DNA of 64,000 bases from a virus (lineage: Duplodnaviria > Caudoviricetes). The notes below the pieces were generated by a model, which worked only from the letters and a program-made list of their open reading frames with translations, searched no databases and was not told the origin of the DNA. This document shows, piece after piece, positions 41,471-53,574 of this stretch (positions within the stretch are counted from its first letter, which is position 1; each line of letters begins with the position of its first letter). The position numbers and the translations under genes are program-made. Where the stretch lies: IMG/VR virus record IMGVR_UViG_3300031998_000044, positions 1 to 64,000 of that record, one strand, 5' to 3'.

Positions 41471-41887
41471 ATGAAAGCATTTACTGATTTTGAACAAAGT
41501 AAGAAACTTGCAAAAATATTACCACTTGAAAGTGCTGATATGCACTGGCAATATATTGAAGAAGATAATGGACAGTTACAGTGGTTTTGTCTTCCAAAAG
41601 ATTTGTCAATTAATAAACACGATGTAATTTCAGCTTGGAGTCTTGCTGCACTGATAGATATTCTACCAGTAGATTTGTGGGGCTACACTGACCATTATTT
41701 CCTCGAAATCTCTAAGATGGGAGATGCCTCTAAACCTAATGAAGTTCGTTATTTTAGGTTTAAAAAGAACATACTAGATACATCTGATAGGATAACACAT
41801 ATCTTACACTCAGCAGAAAATCTAGTTGATGCGTGTGTAAATATGATTTTTACACTACATACACATAAATTTTTATCAAATAAATAA
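41471..41887 (+). CDS. Hypothetical protein; paralog of 45992..46354
   Basis: Shared MK.FTD..QSKKLA.ILP..SADM, WSLAAL.D..P and ENxVDAC motifs. Confidence 0.65.
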   Translation: MKAFTDFEQSKKLAKILPLESADMHWQYIEEDNGQLQWFCLPKDLSINKHDVISAWSLAALIDILPVDLWGYTDHYFLEISKMGDASKPNEVRYFRFKKNILDTSDRITHILHSAENLVDACVNMIFTLHTHKFLSNK

Positions 41888-43896
41888 ACAATAAAACATG
41901 GAATTAGAAGAAGTCAAAAACTATGCTGTTTCAAAAGAAACAACTCCACTTGCAAAATATATAGCAGGAAAATTAGTTGAACTAGGTAATGAACACCTCA
42001 AGTATGTTAAAAACCCTTACTGTTTTGCAAATGGAGTAAATGTAGGAATGTCTAAGGCATATCAAGATATTCTTGACAAATTACATGAAGAACAAGCTAA
42101 AACTGAGGACATCGACACCCTTGGAGTAAAAGAAGATGAAATAGATGAGAAACATAAAATTGGCAAGTGGTTTATGGGACTGATTCCTTGTTGGGTAGAT
42201 GCACCGTCAACCTTGCAGGCTGCTCACGACCATCATGGGAAGAATATTGTAGCTGTTCACTTAAAGAACGGTGGGTACAGATGCTGTTGTGTTGATGACA
42301 AGGAACCAATTACATTTTCTTTAGCAGAAGGTACGCCTCTTGTTGAAGGATGGCATAATAAAAAATAATACTAATATGACACAAGAAGAAAAAATATTGT
42401 TATTAAAAGACCTTTGTGCAAGATTGCAATCTGGTCTTATTTGTAAAGTCGCACATAAAGATTCTGAAGGTTGGAAAGAAGAAGATATGGTGCTTAATGG
42501 CTAATTACAGCTTTTGCGATTAGTATAATGTAACAAAAAGCAAATGGCAGAAAATACTAACTTACGTTATCAAGTATATGGTTTAGATAATAAAGGAAAT
42601 TTAAGTTCTCCTATTACAAAACCAATAATTACAAAAGAACGCTGTTATAAATACTTCAATGAATGTGTACAATGTGCCATTGTTTCTATTAACGAACACG
42701 GTTCTATCATTGAAGTTATTGATAAAAATTTAACACCAAAAGAAAAATGTAACCGAATCACAAATATTAATTAGCGAATTTTACATTGAATAATTATGAG
42801 CGGAAGTTACGAATTTATCAACAAATACGAGGCTTGCATTGCATTAAAGCAGATAGCAAGCAAATTTGGAATATACGTAGAAGGAAATTCTCTTAACGAA
42901 GAATGTCATCGTATTGATATTGACGAAATCCAAATTGACGAAGATACGGATATTGTTATAAAACTAAACAAGGAAACCAATGGGCTACGTTGAAGAAAAA
43001 ATCGAAGAAGCAGTTAGTATTTATGCTGACTTAAAGTTTCAATTCTATTTGATTAGTGCAGAAATAAATAAAGAGCCACGTTTCTTAAATTATTCAGGTA
43101 CATTCAGCGAATTAAATTTAAAAGGAAACAAAAAGTTTTCTGACTTAGAATCAGCACAAAACGAGCAAAAACAATGCAAACGTAAAAACACAAAGATTCA
43201 CAAAGTCACAATACTCTTAGAAGACCAATGACAGAAACAGACGAATACATTGAGAAATTCAAAGACAAACTATTTACCGTCAATAGAAACATAAATTTTG
43301 TTGTACAACTTATAAAAAACGACATAACAATATATGTACACGAAGATGGTATTCGCTCGTTAGGAGCGCAAAAAAGAACCATTGACGGCTATTATGGCAA
43401 TCATTCTCCAATCTCTCTCAAACAAGCATACGAAATGCTTGTTAATGGCAAAGAAAATGAACTTTTTAACGAAAAAATGCCATTCTAATGGAAGAAATTT
43501 TACGTTCAGAAGGTTTTACACTCAATCGAAATGGAGTATACTATCTTGCTTATTATGGCAAAGAAATGTTCATAACATTAAAAAAAGACTACATCAGATA
43601 TTGCACAGATTACGCTATGCACTGTTTCGGTTACGGTGGAATTATCCAAGCCGTACCGAGCATATTGCAAAGGCTTATTAAACGATTTAAAGAAATTAAA
43701 GATAAAATGTCAACAATAAAACGCAAAAGATATGAGCAAAACTATGGATTATATTCTCAGGATGCAAGAACAAGGTATAGATGTTCTGCATAAAAAAATG
43801 CCTGATGAACCGCAAGATGAACCACAGCAAAATGAAAAACAAATAGTTGATGAACAACAAGATAACTTAGTGGAATCATAATAGTAAAAAAGAGGT

Positions 43897-43930
43897 ATGC
43901 CGACTTCCTCTGAATAGTCGGCATTTTTTT
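43897..43930 (+). terminator. Rho-independent terminator
   Basis: ATGCCGAC/GTCGGCAT plus T run. Confidence 0.7.
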
Positions 43931-45009
43931 AAACTAAGTAATATGGCAGCACTATCTAAACAAGGGAAAAACGATTGGGCAAAGATAATCAAAATAATCG
44001 TAGAAAATAGTAAGTTTCCTGATGCAATAATGAAAATAACTGTCAATCAAGATGATTGGTATCAAATACAATTTAGGTTAAAATATCCTTATTGCGTAAT
44101 AGCAACAGACGAAACTACGAAAGACAACAAAGCGTACAGAATAGTTCCTGGAAATTGGTGGGAACACTTTAAACGCTATACTCTCAAAATAAAAGGCTTA
44201 TGTTTCGATTTTAGATTCCATAACTTAGAAGGCTTTTATCCAAAAGGACTTCATACAACAAGTTATCATACTATGATTGAAAGTAGACCTTATAAACATA
44301 AATATTGGTCGGACCACGATTATAATATCAAATTAATCACAGAAGATGTTATTCACGAAAAACACATAAAAGATTTTATAAACGATGTCATTAAACTAAT
44401 AAATTTACCAAAAGCAAAGATTTAAAACTATGGCAGATAGAAAATATAGAGGAATCATATCAGCAATCAGAAATGGACGATTGAACTGCGATAAACACGC
44501 AGACGATACAACTTTCCTTTGGTTTGGAAGAAAATTACGTATAAGACCGTTTTTCGTATCATACGGTCAAGGAGGATATGAAATAAAAGACGAAGAATTA
44601 GACACAACTCTCACTTGGGACTTCGACTGTATGCCTCGGTTCGAGGTTCACGATGAAAATGGCAAAAGTATTTACGAAGAAGATAAATTTTAAACATTAT
44701 GAAATACACAGAATTGAAAAAGGGTATGGTAGTAGAATTAACTTGTGAAGATGATAAAAGTTATCTTTACACAGTTATGGTATTACCTGTTGTTAAAAAG
44801 GATTTGAAAACGATGATAAATGCTACTCACGAAGGATTATATGGATTTAGAGGATTTTGGTATGGTAGCGATAGAAACAAACATAAAAACTATGGGAAAA
44901 TTTTTGATTTAAGTCTTTTTAAAGATACAGAAATAAAACTTATAAAGCAAAATACTGTCGGACTAACAAACAAACAATTAAGAACTTTAATAGATTAATA
45001 AACAACAAA

Positions 45010-45600
45010 ATGAAAAAGATAATGTTCAATGACCGTTTTAGGTTAACCCAAGCAGTAATAAGTGGAATAAAAACACAAACAAGACGTATTATCTCCGAAA
45101 AACTTTTAAATAAATACGGACACAATAAGTATAATGATAAGTCTTACGAACTTGTTGCCAATGCTCCTTATAAAGTTGGTGATGTACTCGCTGTGGCTCA
45201 AAACTACTATGAGGTATGGGATTTTATCAAAGCAACGCAGGACGCACTAACAAAAGCGACAATCCACCTTACTAATGGATGGGGAAATAAAATGTTCGTC
45301 AAATCGGCATTAATGCCGAACCTAATCGAAATCACCAAAGTAAGGGTAGAACGTCTGCAAGATATTTCAGATAGCGATTGTTTAGCAGAGGGGATTGAAG
45401 AATATTATCCATACATAGAACGTAATCCTGATGATAAGTTAAAAACTTACAGATTTTGGGATAACAAATTTAAATACAAATATCACTCCCTCAGCCCAAT
45501 CAAAAATTGCTTTGCTCACTTGATATATTATATTTGTGGCAAAGAAACTTGGGAGCGAAACCCTTGGGTGTACGCATATACCTTCAAGTTGGTTAAATAA
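45010..45600 (+). CDS. ASCH-like/PUA-like phage protein
   Basis: IMFNDR...AVISGIKTQTRR, IEITKVRVERLQDIS, WERNPWVYAY pattern. Confidence 0.55.
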   Translation: MKKIMFNDRFRLTQAVISGIKTQTRRIISEKLLNKYGHNKYNDKSYELVANAPYKVGDVLAVAQNYYEVWDFIKATQDALTKATIHLTNGWGNKMFVKSALMPNLIEITKVRVERLQDISDSDCLAEGIEEYYPYIERNPDDKLKTYRFWDNKFKYKYHSLSPIKNCFAHLIYYICGKETWERNPWVYAYTFKLVK

Positions 45601-45991
45601 TAAAAATTAAAACTAAACGGAGATATGTCTAATCAAGAAGAAGTGAATTTACTTAAAGGTGAAGTTCGACGACTTAAAATGGCGTTAAAGAAAAAGAATG
45701 ACACAATAAAAAAACTTAAAGAAAAACTAAGTAAATCAAATAAAAACGAAAATATCGAAAAATTATAGTGGAAAAAGGTCAAAACAATGGCTTATAAACG
45801 AATTATTTGAATCAAGTACTTATTCAGAACAACGCAAAGAAAATCCTGAAAAATTAAAGGAAGAACTTAATAAAATGTCATATTCCGATTTGCTTGATAA
45901 ATACAAGTGGTTGTTCGGCGAAGATTATTAACATTATCAGAACGGCTAAGCCGCCTTGCCTTAATAGGTGGCTTAATTAAATAAAAAGAAA

Positions 45992-46354
45992 ATGAAATCA
46001 TTCACAGACATTAAACAAAGCAAAAAGTTGGCAGAGATACTGCCTATTACAAGTGCAGATATGTGGTGGCTATATATCACAGCACAAGGTAAGCATATTG
46101 CTATGATGCACGAAGAACCAGACCCTAATTATCTTGCAAGAATGGAAAGGTATGGAATAACAGATGCTGCAATTCCATGTTGGAGTCTTGCAGCGTTGCT
46201 TGATAATATTCCACAAGCAAAATTGGATAACCTTAAACTTTGGAGGTGCTGTGCGTATTATGCATTAGATTGGCACAATAGTGATTGGTATGAAAATCCT
46301 GTTGATGCTTGCTTCGAAACAATATTGAAGTTACACGAACATAATATATTATAA
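45992..46354 (+). CDS. Hypothetical protein; paralog of 41471..41887
   Basis: Shared motifs listed for 41471..41887. Confidence 0.6.
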   Translation: MKSFTDIKQSKKLAEILPITSADMWWLYITAQGKHIAMMHEEPDPNYLARMERYGITDAAIPCWSLAALLDNIPQAKLDNLKLWRCCAYYALDWHNSDWYENPVDACFETILKLHEHNIL

Positions 46355-48517
46355 TTAAATGTATAACGAATATAAAACATTCAGGGAAATAGTAGAAGAA
46401 TATCCTGAAATAAAAAAATATTATGTTTATGATTTATTCCCAAAAGGTAAAGCATTAAACCAAGTCAAAACAATTTATAAAATAAACGAAAATTGGGAAC
46501 ATACAATAGTTCAAAAACCATTAGAATCAGATGATGATTTGTTACATCCAAAATTTAAAGTAGTAGACGAATGACACAATATCCCGATAACGAACAAAAA
46601 CAAGCCGCATTTGAGAACGCTTGCGATTATCTCTATTACGGCTACGGACGTAAGAGATGGATTAAAAACGGACATAATCTCGGTTTGTCCGAGAAAGAAT
46701 CAAACGAAGTATGGCAAAAAGCATTCGAGTATATGTCTAACAAAAACTAAAAAGCAATGACAATCAAAGAATCTTTAGAACAAGAAATAGCAAAAGATGC
46801 TAACGAGTTCGAGCAAAAGTATGGGAAAATGTTTTCTGAAGGAATAATCAGTAGCATCAAGTCTTTTGGCAGGATGCAAATCTATTGCAATAGATATTGT
46901 AAATCAACAAACCTCTTAGGAATTTGTCCGAAAGACGAACTTGCCTTCCGTGAATTTGTAAAAAAACAAGGTCTTAATCTCCACGAAGAAAGAAATTCTT
47001 ATGGAGCAAGGATGTTAGTTGTAACAATGTAAAACGTAATAATATGAAAAACATCTATCATCAGCACACATCTTCAAATTCATATTGGGATAGCAGTTGG
47101 ACAGATTCAGATTGGTTGCTCTGTGATAACGAAGAAGAATATCAAAAAATGGTAGCAGACCGTAAAGAACAGACAAAGACCTATCAGAATTCAGAAAATG
47201 CAAAAATTTACGGAGCGTGGAGAATAACTTGCTCCGACGAAGCACCTCTGAAAGCCAACGAATACTACTACGCACACGAGTGGCAAGGTAAGTCATTTAA
47301 TTGCGTAGGCGTTTGTTTCGTCAGACACCTTGAACGTAGTAATCACTACGAATACATTATAAAACCAAACACAGTTACTAACTTACAAAATTGCACCGAC
47401 CATGGATGCGGTTGGATGTACGGTTCTTAAATCGAAACTGCAATATGGAACAATACAAAATTAATATCGGGAGCGGATTTGTATACTATCGAAATACTTT
47501 AGCAGATGCTGAAAAATTAGCAGAAATGCTTAACTTTGACATAAGCAAAAAGTTCGTAGTTGCCGAAAATTGGTACGAATATCCCCACTTAACAAATGAA
47601 TTTAGAAAATGTGAAATAACTAAAATAAATAAACAATGACAAGTACACAAATTCACAGATTATATCTTCTACTTAATGAATTGCATCACGATGCAATATG
47701 TAGAATAAACGTTACATTAGATGATACTCCACCTATGACATTGATATTCCAACATCTTGACGATGAATATGTTTCGTTCAATCTTGTAGGATATTTCAAA
47801 GGACGAAAACGTACAATGCCATATTGTATAACTTTCTCAGAAATGAAGACTTGGAACATTGATGATTCCAATGGACTTCTTTACGGATGGTTGAAATATA
47901 TACAAAAAAACACAGTAGACAACTGTGGAGAGCCGCTTTGTTAAAACAATTAAATATGTTTATAATACACGATTTCGGAAGTAATTTTACATTACAACAA
48001 ATAAAAGATATATTAATCGAAGGCAAAGGCTATGTATGCGAACTGCAAAAAGAAATGCCTTTCAATGAGAACGATTATCTCGGATTTGATGGTATATTAC
48101 ATACTTATAAAGATTGGAAAGAATTTTTTAGATTAAAAATATGAACTTAGAAATTAAAGAAAAGCAATTAAAGAAAGAATGTTATACGTATGCATTCAAT
48201 TTTTATCACGGTTGGATTATCGAAAAATTAGCACAAACAATATCACCAAGATATTACACAAAACATTGTAACGTATATATTGTTACAGAGTACAAAGATG
48301 GTACTTATATGACAGCATTTACATTTGGCGGATATAATAATAATCTCGGTGTTGTTTGTCCAGAAAAACTGATGATTAAATATAACAAAAAAGTTATGAA
48401 TATGTATAAGAGGAAGAATTTTCCATCAAAAAAGCAAATATATAATTTCTTTAAAGAATTAATAGATGCTATTGATAAAGAAATTGATAATATGCCACAT
48501 TACAAAAGAACAAAAAG

Positions 48518-48838
48518 ATGAAAAAAACAATTAAAACAGCAATAATCATCATCGTTTTAACCGTATTGGCAATAATTGCATACAATGCTTATAAGTCAAT
48601 ATCAGAAACGACTGTTACAAAAACCGAGTTCGACAAAGCAAATGCCATTCTAAATCATCGTATTGAGAATATATTGCAAAATCAAGACAGCATAAAACGA
48701 GAACTTGCAAAACTCGGCTATAAAGTAGATACCGTTAATATACGGTTAGATACAATTCAAGCAGTTGACATATTAATTTATCAATCGATGCAAGAAAACT
48801 CAGGCAAAACTATTTGGGATTGGCTTAAATTTGAATGA
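48518..48838 (+). CDS. Membrane-anchored coiled-coil protein
   Basis: N-terminal AIIIIVLTVLAIIAY helix followed by heptads. Confidence 0.5.
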   Translation: MKKTIKTAIIIIVLTVLAIIAYNAYKSISETTVTKTEFDKANAILNHRIENILQNQDSIKRELAKLGYKVDTVNIRLDTIQAVDILIYQSMQENSGKTIWDWLKFE

Positions 48839-49011
48839 TATGGCAAGACAGAAGGAATGGAGATTGTACTTTCAACACGTCATCGTTACGGCTTACATAG
48901 TCGAAAATGATGGCGTGTTTGAAGTTACTTTTAGCAATGATAAGATAAAGCCTATGCGATTAAAAGCCATAAGCAGAGAATTAATTTATAATCACGCAAA
49001 AAGATATATAG

Positions 49012-49230
49012 ATGTTTGACTACGAGAACACAGGAATTAAAGATGACAATAACGAACCAATTTTTGAAGGGAATACAGTAATTGGTTATCCAAGCAAAAC
49101 AGAATACAAGGTAATTTATTCACCTGAATTTGCCGCTTTTGTAGGAAGGCATACAAGTAAAAACAAAACATCAGATGTGCCTTTATTTACACTGAAACTT
49201 ATGTATAAAAACAAATTATTTAAGAAATAA
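49012..49230 (+). CDS. YopX-like protein (C-terminal part)
   Basis: TGIKDDNNEPIFEGNTV resembles the YopX TGLKDKNGKEIYEGDI motif. Confidence 0.55.
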   Translation: MFDYENTGIKDDNNEPIFEGNTVIGYPSKTEYKVIYSPEFAAFVGRHTSKNKTSDVPLFTLKLMYKNKLFKK

Positions 49231-49776
49231 TGGGAGCAATAAATTATTGTACATCGCCAAGAATTTGTACTTTGGGATATTACTTTACAGATTACGAAGA
49301 ACCTGATGAAAACGATATTCTTGAAACAATAGCGATAAATAACGTTAGCCGTGAAGTTGCAAAAGAAATATTACGTGATAATTTTTACGATTCAATAAAC
49401 GAAGATTTTGATGCAGTAGATTCTTTATTAGATAAAGATAAAAATGATTGGAAGTATTACGAAATCACAGTTAAAGATGGCTATCATGAAGGATTTTATG
49501 TAAATTTCGACAATGTATACATAGCATTTGATGAAGATAGGCAAAGACTTGAAATGCACAAAGAACTTACTCAGATAAGACAAAGAATACTCAAATGCAT
49601 AAAAGAATATGGTATGCGAATTACAATACCTCATTGGTGTCCAACTTGGTATAAAACAATCGATGAATCGTACAAAAAACTAAATGAATTAATTAAAGAA
49701 GAAAGAAAATTTATAAACTCTATTAAAGTCGAATCATAAAATTATTATATTTGTAAAATTTTAAATATCAAAAAAA

Positions 49777-50175
49777 ATGTTAGTAGAAATCACAGGTAAA
49801 TTAGTATTAGTAGAAAAACCTACAGAACGTAATTGGAACAATCAAATTATCAAAAGTCAGAAAATCTTACTTGACACATACGATTGGGACAAAGTTAACA
49901 AAGTACAAATCGAAATCAATCCCGACAAGATTAATATGGGTAATGCTCAAATCGGAGACATTATTACCTTCAAGTGTAAAATTGAATCGAAAGAATCCAA
50001 AAATGGAACGTGGTTTACGAATATCAAAGGATATGCAATAAGCGACCATAAGCAGAGCCAATCACAGCCACAACAACCACAGCAGCCACAGTCTTATGTT
50101 CAAACTGCTCAACCTGTTCAGCAACCTCAACCTGTACAGCAGCAACAAGTTAACGATTCAGATTTACCTTTTTAG
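49777..50175 (+). CDS. ssb: SSB-like OB-fold protein (DUF3127 type)
   Basis: EITGKLV...IESKESKNGTWFTNIKGY, Q/P-rich linker, acidic DSDLPF C-terminus. Confidence 0.75.
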   Translation: MLVEITGKLVLVEKPTERNWNNQIIKSQKILLDTYDWDKVNKVQIEINPDKINMGNAQIGDIITFKCKIESKESKNGTWFTNIKGYAISDHKQSQSQPQQPQQPQSYVQTAQPVQQPQPVQQQQVNDSDLPF

Positions 50176-50710
50176 ATATGCACGCAGGACTAAATATTAT
50201 ATTCCAATCTTGCAAAGACCGAATAATATCTGACATCAAATGTTATTTGGAGGACAAAAAAGACCAATGCTGTCAATTGGAAGAATTACCGTACAAAGTA
50301 TGGAACGATATTGATGGCATTGTAATTACTTATTATTTTGCAAACGTTTTTATCGACAATGACGGTATAGTGAAAGTAGTATACCGTTATGGCTTAGGTA
50401 CTACACCACAAGATACAAATCCTGATACTTGCCCATTAGATGACCTCTCAATGGATGAGTTGTGGGCAATAATTCAACGTATCGAATAAAAATAAATCTC
50501 CTATTTTAGCACCTTTTCGCAACTTTCTGCGGAGAGGTGCGTTTTTATAGGAATAACAAATTAACTAAGTAGTATATGACACGCAAAGAAGAACTTGAAA
50601 AAAACTCGATAGTCTGTTAGAAGAATTTAAGGACATCGATTACGAAGAAGTGGTTGAAACACTCGAATACTATGCTTTTATCTACCAATCAAAAATAAAC
50701 CGAGAATAAT

Positions 50711-51304
50711 ATGGTTACACTAAATGACATAAAGAACGCAAATAATATTTGTTCTGTGTTTAAACGTCACAGATATAACAAGGGAATATTACTTGATGCT
50801 TTCTTGTTTGATACACTTGAAGATTTCGACATAAATTGTCATTATAAATACGATTTCGATGTTTATTTGACAAAGTTTGGAATAAATTTGCAAAGACCGT
50901 ATGTTTGGGAATATTACCAACAACAAGAATTAATATTATCTCTACTTTTTGAAAAACAAGTTGAAAAGGTTGTTGCTATATTGCACAATAGCGATTTAAA
51001 CCGTAAAAATGCAGTAATGTTTATCATTGACGGAAAGCAACGATTATTAACAATTTATAAATTTATACACAATGAGTTCCCTATAAATCTTAATGGGAAA
51101 CAAGTATACTTCAAAGATTTTGATAAGGATGCTTACTACTTTTTCCGTAGTCGAGTAAATTATATTCTTGCTGATGTATATTACTCTTATGATAATGAAC
51201 CGATTTCTGACGAGGAAAAAATAATCATATTCAATTTTTATAACTTCTCAGGCACTCCACAGACTGAAGAACATAAGAAAAAACTTGAAGCATTATTACA
51301 ATAA
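50711..51304 (+). CDS. DUF262/ParB-like domain protein
   Basis: LQRPYVW...LILSLL, IIDGKQRLLTIYKF, F..YNFSGTP. Confidence 0.7.
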   Translation: MVTLNDIKNANNICSVFKRHRYNKGILLDAFLFDTLEDFDINCHYKYDFDVYLTKFGINLQRPYVWEYYQQQELILSLLFEKQVEKVVAILHNSDLNRKNAVMFIIDGKQRLLTIYKFIHNEFPINLNGKQVYFKDFDKDAYYFFRSRVNYILADVYYSYDNEPISDEEKIIIFNFYNFSGTPQTEEHKKKLEALLQ

Positions 51305-51337
51305 ACACGAATTACTAACAATTAAAACATTACAGCT

Positions 51338-51955
51338 ATGAAGAAACTATTATTTATCTTGCTCGCAACGATATGGTGTATCGGAGCAAACGGACAAAAT
51401 ACAAATAATCAAACACAAAAATATTATGAAGATATTTGCACTCCAATGATTGAAATCAAAAACATTCATCCAGAATCAATAACCAAAGAACAAATAATAG
51501 AATTAAATATTTTTGTTGATAAATATAATAAAATAAATGAAAATAAAATTATTGACCATATTGAGATTGAACCAAATATTGAACCATTTAGAGTTATTTG
51601 TCTAAATAAAGAAAATTCGGTTATTGGTCATATATGTTTAGCGTCAACAGGAAAATATAATACAACATATAAGATATTAAAAAAAGGTAGAATTTATTGC
51701 AAAAGGAATTTAGAAAAAAATGAATATTACTTAGGCAATGAAATTCCTAATCAATATGAACATGATAAAAGGTTTAATATTATTGGATTATTTTTTATGC
51801 CATATATGAATAGCGAATATCCTTATTATGGTATAGGGTTATTTGGATATGATTTGAATCGTTTAGAAATAGATTATGAGAATAAAATTGTAGATTTATT
51901 AATGGAAAAACATATATATTATACTACGATAATACAACAAGCCTTAAACAATTAA
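51338..51955 (+). CDS. Secreted protein with signal peptide
   Basis: MKKLLFILLATIWCIGANG-Q N-terminus typical of Bacteroidetes exported proteins. Confidence 0.6.
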   Translation: MKKLLFILLATIWCIGANGQNTNNQTQKYYEDICTPMIEIKNIHPESITKEQIIELNIFVDKYNKINENKIIDHIEIEPNIEPFRVICLNKENSVIGHICLASTGKYNTTYKILKKGRIYCKRNLEKNEYYLGNEIPNQYEHDKRFNIIGLFFMPYMNSEYPYYGIGLFGYDLNRLEIDYENKIVDLLMEKHIYYTTIIQQALNN

Positions 51956-51960
51956 TATTT

Positions 51961-51997
51961 AAGCCGTCTTGGGTAACTTCCCTTGACGGCTTTTTTT
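51961..51997 (+). terminator. Rho-independent terminator ending the early region
   Basis: AAGCCGTC/GACGGCTT plus T run. Confidence 0.75.
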
Positions 51998-52011
51998 CTT
52001 AATAACTAATT

Positions 52012-52063
52012 CTTACATATAATGTAAGTGTTTGTTTTTGTATTTAGTTTATTTCTTTATTTG
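52012..52063 (+). promoter_or_regulatory. Promoter: perfect CTTACA-N5-TGTAAG plus TTTATTTG
   Basis: Palindrome 52012-52028; -7-like element 52056-52063; ATG at 52095. Confidence 0.65.
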
Positions 52064-52094
52064 TGAAGTTATTAACTTCTAAAAAATTAAAAAA

Positions 52095-53519
52095 ATGAAT
52101 ATAAATACAAATGACTATGTAGTAGTAAATGGAAAAAAATATTACGCAGAAGGTGGTATAAAATATTTTGATAATGGAGGACCAACTAAAAAAGAACTTA
52201 AACAATTTGTTGATTGGAATTCCAATCGTATGAATAAAAAATCATTAAGAGGACCAACTTCATGGCGTTCAGGGGATGAAAAAGACGAAGATTTTGCAAA
52301 GCAATTTATTCAGAATATGCAAAACTATGTAAATCCAAATGATAAGAATAAATTGACATTAACTCAAGCAATGCATATTCAAGATTTATTAGATTCAGTA
52401 CCAAAATATGTAAAAGACGAAGATTTATACGATGTATATAATAGTGAAGGTAAATTTGCTGGATTTGAAGATAGTCCTGAACTTATGAATTTACGTTGGG
52501 CAGATAAATATAATAATATTGATGATATTATTAGTAATCGTAGTCTAATGTTTAAAAATGTATATAATTCACCTGAATTTCAAAATAAAGTAAAAGAATT
52601 TCTTTCTACAAAACGTGGTAATGGTTCATATATTGAATATAAACATCCAATAACAGGTGATGATATGTATTATAGGTTTTATATTGGTAAAGATGGGGCA
52701 GGATTTGTACCTGATTTTAATGCAAAAAGTAAAGGATTTGAGCCTATTGTTACACTTAGAGGAAATGGAATAGAAAATACAGAAGAATATGAAATTGAAC
52801 CTGAAAAAAGAGAAATTTATAATGGTGAAGAAATCGTAATTCCTGCAAAAAAAGGTAGAAGATTTATTATTAACCAAAATGAAAAAAATAGAATAGACAA
52901 CGGTTATAGTTATGGAAATTTTTATGAAGGTTCTGAATCTAATCCTGTAAATCTTGGAACAGGAGAAAAAATAGAGTATTATAACAATTTAAAAAATTTA
53001 AATGCCAACGACCAATATAAACAAATAAAGGAAAACCATGCATACGGTGGTCCTACTACTCGTCTTTTCGCAAGCGGCGGTGATATGGGTGCTATTCCTA
53101 TGGGTGAACAGCCTGACTACAATATGGTAGGCGCAGGTGGAAGCCACGAAATGAATCCGCAAGGCGGTGTGCCATACGGAATGAACACAGACGGAAGCCA
53201 AAATATGGTAGAACAAGGCGAAGTTTCTGTTGGAAACAACGTATTTAGTGACCGCACAGCAATATCGCCCGAACTTTGTCAACAACTTGGATTACCCGAA
53301 GGTACATCACACGCACAGGCAATGCAGCAAATTGAAGCATTGTATGAGCAAGGACAAATTGGCGAACAAGAATACCAAGAAATCTCCCAAATTCTTTTCC
53401 AAGACCAAGAAGCGCAAAAACAAGGTGGTGGTATGCCGCAACCTCAAAACGAAGGTATTCAGCCTGAAATGGTAGCACCCGAAGGTTATGCTTGGGGTGG
53501 TCGTAGAAGATGTAGATAA
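52095..53519 (+). CDS. crAss-like virion cargo protein (GGSHExNPxGG domain)
   Basis: GAGGSHEMNPQGGVPYG...NMVEQGEV...VFSDR is a conserved crAss cargo motif; several aromatic-x-GG motifs. Confidence 0.7.
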   Translation: MNINTNDYVVVNGKKYYAEGGIKYFDNGGPTKKELKQFVDWNSNRMNKKSLRGPTSWRSGDEKDEDFAKQFIQNMQNYVNPNDKNKLTLTQAMHIQDLLDSVPKYVKDEDLYDVYNSEGKFAGFEDSPELMNLRWADKYNNIDDIISNRSLMFKNVYNSPEFQNKVKEFLSTKRGNGSYIEYKHPITGDDMYYRFYIGKDGAGFVPDFNAKSKGFEPIVTLRGNGIENTEEYEIEPEKREIYNGEEIVIPAKKGRRFIINQNEKNRIDNGYSYGNFYEGSESNPVNLGTGEKIEYYNNLKNLNANDQYKQIKENHAYGGPTTRLFASGGDMGAIPMGEQPDYNMVGAGGSHEMNPQGGVPYGMNTDGSQNMVEQGEVSVGNNVFSDRTAISPELCQQLGLPEGTSHAQAMQQIEALYEQGQIGEQEYQEISQILFQDQEAQKQGGGMPQPQNEGIQPEMVAPEGYAWGGRRRCR

Positions 53520-53542
53520 TTTCCATAGAGTGTTTATTTTTT

Positions 53543-53574
53543 GCCGTTAGGTACTTCACCTGACGGCTTTTTTT
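53543..53574 (+). terminator. Rho-independent terminator
   Basis: GCCGTTAGG/CCTGACGGC plus T run. Confidence 0.7.

Larger units (their letters stand above)
24567..51955 (+). other. Early/accessory region: dense array of ~60 short co-oriented hypothetical ORFs plus replication genes
   Basis: ORF track shows tightly packed, often overlapping + strand ORFs of 60-240 aa; only int is on the minus strand. Unlisted ORFs have no motif I recognise. Confidence 0.75.

Noticed and set aside
49746-49753. TATATTTG upstream of ssb (and TACATTTG at 30686) as members of the dyad promoter class
   Set aside because: Plausible ordinary -7 elements, but no CTTACA/TGTAAG dyad at the conserved distance.
24567-51955. 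A separate prophage inserted into a crAss genome
   Set aside because: The block has no structural genes of its own, no flanking att duplication was seen, and it shares the dyad motif with the structural blocks; only read mapping can exclude chimerism completely.
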